DNA of 64,000 nucleotides from a virus: IMG/VR virus record IMGVR_UViG_3300031413_000624; one strand, 5' to 3'. Shown piece by piece: positions 57,848 to 64,000 of this stretch (position 1 is its first letter; each line of letters starts with the position of its first letter). The notes under the pieces were generated by a model. It saw only the letters and a program-made list of their open reading frames with translations, ran no database searches and was not told where the DNA came from. The position numbers and the translations under genes were made by a program.

Positions 57848-58687
57848 ATGGTCCAAATACAAAAATGCCGTTCAAAAAAGCACTCATTCGGTGGTTGCGG
57901 TGATCCTCGTTGCCCAGAAGGTCTTTCTATTCAAGCCAACATGGATGCAGCTCTTGCAGACAAAGATGTCATGGCATACATTGCAGCAAAACAGCTGAAA
58001 GATATTGAACCAAACATGGTCTTCGCCAATAAAGGTTTTACTGAACTCCACATTACACATAACAAAGGTACCCATGTTGATGTGTTGAAGTTCATCAACC
58101 CCAGAAAAGAAGCCCTTGAATACGTTGAATCCTTAGATCGTACCCATATTCCTTCTTTTGAAACCGTGAAAGACCTTCAAAACTACATCAACGACACGTA
58201 CAATCCATATGCTTCTATGTTTGTTCGTGAGTACAAAGGCTACGGTCCGAAGAAAACTATTACACGGTTGAGCGTAGCAAACATGGACGTTGATGCGGAT
58301 TTACGTGGAGCAGGAATCGGTTCCTATTTTAGAAAAGTTCTTCTGAAACACTGTGACGAAAAAGGATACATTGTTTCAGGGACTCCAACAAACTCAGGTG
58401 ATGGAAGTATTGAACACCATGACCACAATCATGAAGAGTTCAAACAACATGCGTTGCATCATCGTGCGCGGTTAGAGCATTTTTATGAGCGAAACGGTTA
58501 TGAGCGTAACTACGGCTCTGAACCTGTTATTCATGGCGACCAAGACTTTTGGACAAAACAACAGTTAGAGCAGAACCAACCTTGGGTTGATAAGTTCAAC
58601 AAACATGGTCAGGATTTGCTGTACGATGCTGGGGCTTTCGTCCGCTGGCCAAATAACACAGTACCCAAAGAATTGCTTGCTAAATAG
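57848..58687 (+). CDS. GNAT-like acetyltransferase paralog with N-terminal Cys3 motif
   Basis: RGAGIGSYF motif A; N-terminal CRSKKHSFGGCGDPRCPEG. Confidence 0.5.
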   Translation: MVQIQKCRSKKHSFGGCGDPRCPEGLSIQANMDAALADKDVMAYIAAKQLKDIEPNMVFANKGFTELHITHNKGTHVDVLKFINPRKEALEYVESLDRTHIPSFETVKDLQNYINDTYNPYASMFVREYKGYGPKKTITRLSVANMDVDADLRGAGIGSYFRKVLLKHCDEKGYIVSGTPTNSGDGSIEHHDHNHEEFKQHALHHRARLEHFYERNGYERNYGSEPVIHGDQDFWTKQQLEQNQPWVDKFNKHGQDLLYDAGAFVRWPNNTVPKELLAK

Positions 58688-59026
58688 CGTTCATCCGATA
58701 GGAATAGGGCAAGCAGTAAACTCTACAAAAGAGAAGAACCTGCTATACTTGTTATACGAAACGCACGAATTTATACGGAACTGATGATGATTAACGAACG
58801 ACTCTTTACTGACCCATTTTACCAATACCAGTTGAGCTTTTCTGCTCCTTATTGGTTTTCTTAGACCAAGTGTTAGAGATACTTCTGATTTCGCACTCCT
58901 ATCCAAAGTTCGTGTTTTCGATTACTCATAGCGTGTTGTGAGTATACTCAACGATAACCGATAGCTGATTTCAGAAGTGAACATCAAATCACAAACGCAG
59001 ACATTTCAGGACGATAAAGAAAACTT

Positions 59027-61132
59027 ATGGTAACTAAGAAACAACCCCAAGCCCCAGTAGAGTATGATGAGAACTCTCTTATCTCTCTAACTCCTATTGA
59101 ACACATTAGGAAGCGACCTTCTCTTACATTAGGTCCGTATGACCACATGCAGTTAGTTGCATTGCGAGAGCCTATTGATAACTCTATTGACGAGTTCAAA
59201 ACAGGACACGGTAAGGTTATCAAGATCACCTTACACGCAGACGGAGCAGCTTCCGTAGAAGACTCTGGACGTGGCGTACCAACAGGTATCAACAAGCAGA
59301 CCGGTGAAAACGGTATCTTCATGGCCTTCGGTAAAGTTGGTTCAGGAGGTAAGTTCGGTGCTGCTGGTAGTGGATATGCTGCAACTGCATCCTTAGGTTT
59401 GAACGGTGTGGGAACAACCGCAACAAACGCCACTTCCACTCGCTTCGACACAATCGTATACAAGAAAGATGGAACCGTCCACCGTCTTTCTTTCCAACGC
59501 GGCTTACCAGGCCACTTCGCTGATGACAGTGGTCCTGAGGCTAAATTCACTCCTTCCATGGAAGTGAAAATTGAAAAAGATACACGTAGCGCCAAAGAGA
59601 AGAAAGAGCGTCCAACAGGAACTACTATCAAGTTCTGGCCAGACACTGCAATCTTTGGCTCTGAATCATCTTTCCGCGTAGAAGAGCTTCGTGAGACTCT
59701 TCGCTCAACAGCCTTCCTTGTCCCAGGTATTCGTATCATTGTTGATGACAAGATTCCTGGCGAAGAACAGTATGATGATTACGAGTTTGATGGTGGACTA
59801 CCTGAAATGGTTGAAACCTTCGCTAAAGACAAAGCAATCACAAAGACTGTTCACATCCAGACTTCTGGTGAGTTCACTGAACGGGTACCTGTTCCACAAG
59901 AAGACGGAACAATGAAAGACCAGGACGTTGTTCGTAACGTAGAGATTGACTTTGCGTTCCGTTGGGGTGACGGCTATGATAATGAAATTCGTTCTTACGC
60001 TAACACACTGTACACCCCTCTGGGTGGAACGCATCAGGCTGGTTTTCAGCGTGCTATGTCCAAAGTATTCCTTGACTACATCAAGTCAAGCAGAGGAATG
60101 CTGAAAGCGAAAGAAGAGCCTCCTAACCTTGATGACATTCAAGAAGGAATCACCGCTATTATCAGTATTTCACAATCTGAACTTTCCTTCGTTGGACAGG
60201 ACAAACAGCGCCTTGGTGGAACTGAAACAGGTAAAGTTGTTGTCTCTGCTCTGACCAAAGAGTTAAACCTTTGGATTAACGATAAGAAAAACGCCACCGC
60301 TGCAAAAGCTATGGCTGCAAAAATCGTTGAGTCTATGCGCGTTCGTGTTGCATCCCGAGAGCAGAAAGAAACTGCACGTAAAAAGTCAAAGCTTGAATCC
60401 TCAGCAAGTCTTCCATCCAAGTTGGTAGAATGTCGTGAGGCAGGAGTTGGTTCACAACACACTGAACTCCTTATTGTTGAGGGTGACTCTGCGTTGGGAA
60501 CGATGAGAGCTTCACGTGACGCTCGCTATCAGGCCCTTCTGCCTATCCGAGGAAAGATTCTCAATGTGCAGAAGGCTTCTACTTCTGACATGCTTGCAAA
60601 CCAAGAATGTTCTTCTATCATTCAGACACTTGGAGCAGGGTCAGGGAAGACTTTTAGTTTGGATGAAATCCGTTACAGCAAAGTCGTTATCGCAGCTGAC
60701 GCTGACGTTGACGGAAACCACATCCGAAGCTTGCTCATCACTTTCTTCTGGAAGTACATGCGCGATTACATTTTAGATGGTCGTTTGTATTCAATTATTC
60801 CTCCACTGTTCCAGATTGCATTGTCTGCAAAAGATGAAGTTATTTACGCTTCTGACCAAACTGACTTGGACCGAATTGTAAAAGAGCTGGAAAAGAAGAA
60901 ACAAAAAATCAAGCTTATTTCCCGCAACAAAGGTTTGGGAGAAATGGACCCAGACCCAACTTGGGAAACTATGTTAAACCCTGAGAATCGTCGGTTGAAA
61001 CAAATTACCGTACATGAAGCTCAAGCAGCAAGTGACATGATTGAACTTGCTATGGGGGATAAGGTTCAGCCCCGTAAAGAGTGGATTACAGCTCAAAGAG
61101 ACAAAATTGACGCAGGAGTATTGGAAAACTAA
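59027..61132 (+). CDS. gyrB: type IIA topoisomerase ATPase subunit (GyrB-like)
   Basis: GHKL ATPase, TOPRIM EGDSA, C-terminal PEMTWET/MNPENRRL region. Confidence 0.9.
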   Translation: MVTKKQPQAPVEYDENSLISLTPIEHIRKRPSLTLGPYDHMQLVALREPIDNSIDEFKTGHGKVIKITLHADGAASVEDSGRGVPTGINKQTGENGIFMAFGKVGSGGKFGAAGSGYAATASLGLNGVGTTATNATSTRFDTIVYKKDGTVHRLSFQRGLPGHFADDSGPEAKFTPSMEVKIEKDTRSAKEKKERPTGTTIKFWPDTAIFGSESSFRVEELRETLRSTAFLVPGIRIIVDDKIPGEEQYDDYEFDGGLPEMVETFAKDKAITKTVHIQTSGEFTERVPVPQEDGTMKDQDVVRNVEIDFAFRWGDGYDNEIRSYANTLYTPLGGTHQAGFQRAMSKVFLDYIKSSRGMLKAKEEPPNLDDIQEGITAIISISQSELSFVGQDKQRLGGTETGKVVVSALTKELNLWINDKKNATAAKAMAAKIVESMRVRVASREQKETARKKSKLESSASLPSKLVECREAGVGSQHTELLIVEGDSALGTMRASRDARYQALLPIRGKILNVQKASTSDMLANQECSSIIQTLGAGSGKTFSLDEIRYSKVVIAADADVDGNHIRSLLITFFWKYMRDYILDGRLYSIIPPLFQIALSAKDEVIYASDQTDLDRIVKELEKKKQKIKLISRNKGLGEMDPDPTWETMLNPENRRLKQITVHEAQAASDMIELAMGDKVQPRKEWITAQRDKIDAGVLEN

Positions 61133-61134
61133 CC

Positions 61135-63579
61135 ATGGCAGTAAAAAAGAAAATCAAAGAATTAGAAAATGCTGCTGACTTTTCGGTAATTGCAAGAGAA
61201 GTCGTCAAAGTTAACCTGGCAGAAGAAATGGAAGAGTCGTTCCTTTCTTACACGTATTACGTTATTGGTGAACGTGCAATTCCAGATGCTCGTGATGGCC
61301 TCAAGCCAGTACAGCGTCGTATCATGTACACCATGTATCGTGATGGTAACTCTCCTGATAAAGGTCACACAAAATCTGCTCGTATTGTTGGTCAGGTCAT
61401 GGGTATTCTCCATCCTCACGGTGATAGTTCTATCTACGACGCAATGGTCCGCCTGGCCCAGCCTTACACTATGAACCTTCCTCTTGTTGACGGTAAAGGT
61501 AACTTTGGTGACCGTCCAGGTGCAGGAGCCGCTGCGCCTCGTTATACAGAAGCCCGTATGTCTAAAGAAGCATTGGCGTTAGTTAGTGAGTTACGTGAAC
61601 GTCCAGTTGACTTCATCCCAAACTATGACCAAACAACTGACCAGCCAGTAGTACTTCCTGTGCAGTTCCCTAATCTTGTAGTGAACGGAACCTCTGGTAT
61701 CGCAGTTGGGTTCGCAACAAACATGGCTCCGCATAACCCAGGTGAAGTTATTGATGCAACTCGTTGGCTGTTAACTCATCCAAATGCTGACACTGAAAAG
61801 CTTATGTCCTTTATGCCAGGGCCAGACTTCCCAACAGGATGCTTGGTTCTTGGAACAGATGGCATCAAACAAGCATACGAAACAGGTAAGGGTAAAGTCA
61901 CTATCCGTGCGCCGTACCGTATCGAGGATGTGGGTCGTGGTAAAAAAGCCATTATCTTCTATGAACTTCCATACGAAGTCCGCTCTGAAAAAATCATTGA
62001 ACAAATTAAAGAAAACCTTACCTCTGGCAAGTTACAAGGTATTGCAGACGTGCTGGACCTTACAGACCGTCGTAACGGAACAAACTTCTATGTAGAAACC
62101 AAAGCAGGGTTCAATGTAGAAGCTTTAGTTGCTGCTCTCTACAAGATGACAGACCTTGAAGTAGCCTTCAACTACAACAATATTGCACTTACCCCTGAGG
62201 GAGTTCCAGAGCAGCTTTCATTGAAACGCATGCTGGAAATCTTCATTGCTCATCGTATTGAAGTCGTCACCCGTAGAAGTGCAGCTCGTAAGAAATCTCG
62301 TGAAGATCGTCTGCACACTATTGAAGGTCTTATCAAAGCGCTGGCAAACATCGATGAAGTTATTCGCATCGTTCGCGCTGCTGCTAACTCACAAGCCGCA
62401 CAAGAAAATCTCATCAAAAAGTTCAAAATTGACGAGATTCAAGCAGACTACATCCTTAGTATCGCTTTGCGTCGTTTGACCAAATATGACCAGCTTGAGC
62501 TTAAAAATGAGCAGAAGAAGCTTCAAGATGAAGTGAAAGCGCTTGACAAAATTTTGAATGATGAAAAAGTCCTCCGTGACCTTATTGGTAAAGAGTTAGA
62601 AGAGACAAAGAAGGTTGTTGACCGTCCACGTCGTTCAACTTTGGTTGACGGCAACTTGGCGGAGCACTTGGAAGCTTCTAAGGCAGTAATCAGCGCAGGT
62701 AGCTTTGAAGTTACTGATGCTCCTACTGTTGTAGGTGTATACGCTGATGGTTCAGTTGTCCGTGTTCCAGGTGAAAAAACCTCTGAAATCAAAGCAATTG
62801 GTCGCACAAAGGTAAACCCTGTTATCGCTTCTTTGGTGACGCACACTAAGGGTAAAATTGTGTTGGTCACAGATAAAGGCCGTGCATTCCGTGTTGATGT
62901 ATTCCACCTTGGGGAGAACAAGCCAACAGCTTCCTCAGCAGTTGTGCCAAGCCTTGCTAAGAACGAACGCATCATCGCTGTCGCTCCTGTAGAAGATGAA
63001 ACTATCAAAGCTGGTCTTGGTGTATTCTTCGCTACGAAGCAAGGTTCGGTCAAGATTACAACACCTGACTACCCAGTGCGCAGTGATGAGTTTGACCTGA
63101 TTAGCCTTGCCGCAGGGGATGAGATTGTTACAGCTCGTTGGTTGGAATCAGCAGAAGGAGTGGAAGTTGCATTGCTTTCTTCTGACACCAGCTTGCTGAC
63201 ATTCGCTGCTGAAAAGATTCGTCCTCAGGGTCGTAGCGGTGGAGGTATCGCAGGTATCAAACTTGCTGCTGGTCAGCATGTTATGGCTGCAACTGCAATG
63301 CCTGCTGATGAAGCTGCGTTTGCAAACGTTTTGACCGTTACAGGTCAAACGGTCAAGCTTTCACCATTCAAAGCATACCCAGCAAAGGGTCGTGCAACAG
63401 GTGGAGTCCGCTCACACACCATGCTCAAAGGTGAAAACGGACTTGTTTCCGCATTCATTGGAACTGATATCATTGGTGTCGACGCATCAGGGACAAAGGT
63501 GGCTTTGCCTCCTGTCAACCAGAAGCGTGATGCCTCTGGAACCAAGTCCACTGATGTTCCAGTAACATTCGGACGATAA
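61135..63579 (+). CDS. gyrA: type IIA topoisomerase cleavage subunit (GyrA-like)
   Basis: Active-site AAPRYTEARMS; winged-helix and tower regions; beta-pinwheel C-terminus. Confidence 0.9.
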   Translation: MAVKKKIKELENAADFSVIAREVVKVNLAEEMEESFLSYTYYVIGERAIPDARDGLKPVQRRIMYTMYRDGNSPDKGHTKSARIVGQVMGILHPHGDSSIYDAMVRLAQPYTMNLPLVDGKGNFGDRPGAGAAAPRYTEARMSKEALALVSELRERPVDFIPNYDQTTDQPVVLPVQFPNLVVNGTSGIAVGFATNMAPHNPGEVIDATRWLLTHPNADTEKLMSFMPGPDFPTGCLVLGTDGIKQAYETGKGKVTIRAPYRIEDVGRGKKAIIFYELPYEVRSEKIIEQIKENLTSGKLQGIADVLDLTDRRNGTNFYVETKAGFNVEALVAALYKMTDLEVAFNYNNIALTPEGVPEQLSLKRMLEIFIAHRIEVVTRRSAARKKSREDRLHTIEGLIKALANIDEVIRIVRAAANSQAAQENLIKKFKIDEIQADYILSIALRRLTKYDQLELKNEQKKLQDEVKALDKILNDEKVLRDLIGKELEETKKVVDRPRRSTLVDGNLAEHLEASKAVISAGSFEVTDAPTVVGVYADGSVVRVPGEKTSEIKAIGRTKVNPVIASLVTHTKGKIVLVTDKGRAFRVDVFHLGENKPTASSAVVPSLAKNERIIAVAPVEDETIKAGLGVFFATKQGSVKITTPDYPVRSDEFDLISLAAGDEIVTARWLESAEGVEVALLSSDTSLLTFAAEKIRPQGRSGGGIAGIKLAAGQHVMAATAMPADEAAFANVLTVTGQTVKLSPFKAYPAKGRATGGVRSHTMLKGENGLVSAFIGTDIIGVDASGTKVALPPVNQKRDASGTKSTDVPVTFGR

Positions 63580-63593
63580 ACTCAACATCCAAC

Positions 63594-63638
63594 TACCCTG
63601 TGGCTCAGAAATAGCCAGTTTTCTGAGCCACAGGGTAG
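63594..63638 (+). terminator. intrinsic terminator after gyrA
   Basis: ctaccctgtggctcagaaa / tttctgagccacagggtag 19-bp stem. Confidence 0.7.
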
Positions 63639-63659
63639 TTCCGTTATAGAATAACTACC

Positions 63660-64000
63660 ATGCGCAAAACAATCATTCGTTCAGTACTTGCTATCACAGC
63701 AGGATCAGCTTTACTCTTTTCATTGAGTTCCTGCACTGCAGAAGGCTTAGCTCCTGTGCAAGAAAAAGGTATCCGTAACTTCTACACCAGCTACGTCAAA
63801 GAAGCTACCTCACTTGACAACGATAAAATCAAAGCCGCGTACAGTGATTTGAAACAGCAAAACCTTACAGGAGTGGACACGAATACCGCTCGTGATACTA
63901 TCTTCAACCGTTTCGCTGAGGTTGAGCCAAAACTTTTTGATGAATATGCAGTTCAGTACGCAACCTATGATGAGGTTGGCGCAACTTACACCAGCGTCCT
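63660..64000 (+). CDS. lipoprotein, partial (runs off the window)
   Basis: MRKTIIRSVLAITAGSALLFSLSSC signal peptide plus lipobox; TAGAAT 7 nt before the ATG. Confidence 0.4.
   Translation, partial: MRKTIIRSVLAITAGSALLFSLSSCTAEGLAPVQEKGIRNFYTSYVKEATSLDNDKIKAAYSDLKQQNLTGVDTNTARDTIFNRFAEVEPKLFDEYAVQYATYDEVGATYTSV

Noticed and set aside
58984-59751. 255-aa minus-strand ORF
   Set aside because: Lies entirely antisense to the well-supported gyrB gene. Pro/Ala/Ser-rich translation typical of an antisense frame.
59027-63579. Chromosomal gyrB-gyrA origin region
   Set aside because: Upstream neighbours are a GNAT-like gene and a nicotinamidase, not dnaA-dnaN-recF. A phage-type terminator follows gyrA and then a leaderless lipoprotein gene. 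The context is accessory, not oriC.
1-64000. CRISPR array or integrase / attachment junction
   Set aside because: No regularly spaced direct repeats found. The only tandem repeat is 11 bp x2 at 42530. No tyrosine or serine recombinase motifs recognised in any ORF.

Overview
This window is gene-dense (about 70 ORFs) and mostly forward-strand. I read it as part of a large phage or phage-like mobile genome of an actinobacterial host, not a chromosomal core region. DnaK, the ClpC-type chaperone and GyrB/GyrA read as actinobacterial-type proteins, yet the DNA is only about 45-50% GC. The genes are short and operon-packed, with many bidirectional hairpin terminators. Reverse-strand genes are each bracketed by hairpin terminators, like inserted morons. 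No virion structural genes fall in this window.

The content is dominated by nucleic-acid and nucleotide metabolism with anti-defense character:
- An RNA-repair toolkit: two polynucleotide kinase/phosphatase paralogs, two large RNA-ligase paralogs, a small KxDG ligase-like gene, a CCA-adding enzyme and a TadA-like deaminase.
- A RelA/SpoT-type HD (p)ppGpp hydrolase.
- A C3/Vip2-like mono-ADP-ribosyltransferase.
- An NAD+ salvage set: PncA-like, an NMNAT-PRTase fusion, NadE and a second PP-loop enzyme.
- A 1015-aa protein with SWIM-like zinc motifs and a C-terminal amidoligase-like domain.
- RNase H, an EEP nuclease, NucS, an N6/N4 DNA methyltransferase, DnaK, ClpC and GyrBA.

The most striking signal is a short N-terminal Cys2-His/Cys3 motif (C-x7-9-C-x2-HG, or C-x7-9-C-x-DPRC). 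Nine functionally unrelated proteins carry it, including the ADP-ribosyltransferase, RNA ligase B, the CCA enzyme, the ppGpp hydrolase, two GNAT-like proteins and the amidoligase protein. I propose it as a shared targeting or zinc-binding module that has not been characterised.

At the DNA level I found recurring regulatory motifs: a CCGATAGAAT -10-like element placed 6-8 nt before start codons (leaderless genes), a TTTTTCGTCA-N3-TGAC operator at three promoters, an HspR-type HAIR element upstream of dnaK, a palindromic operator pair, and a tRNA-like 3' fragment in a 530-bp noncoding region.
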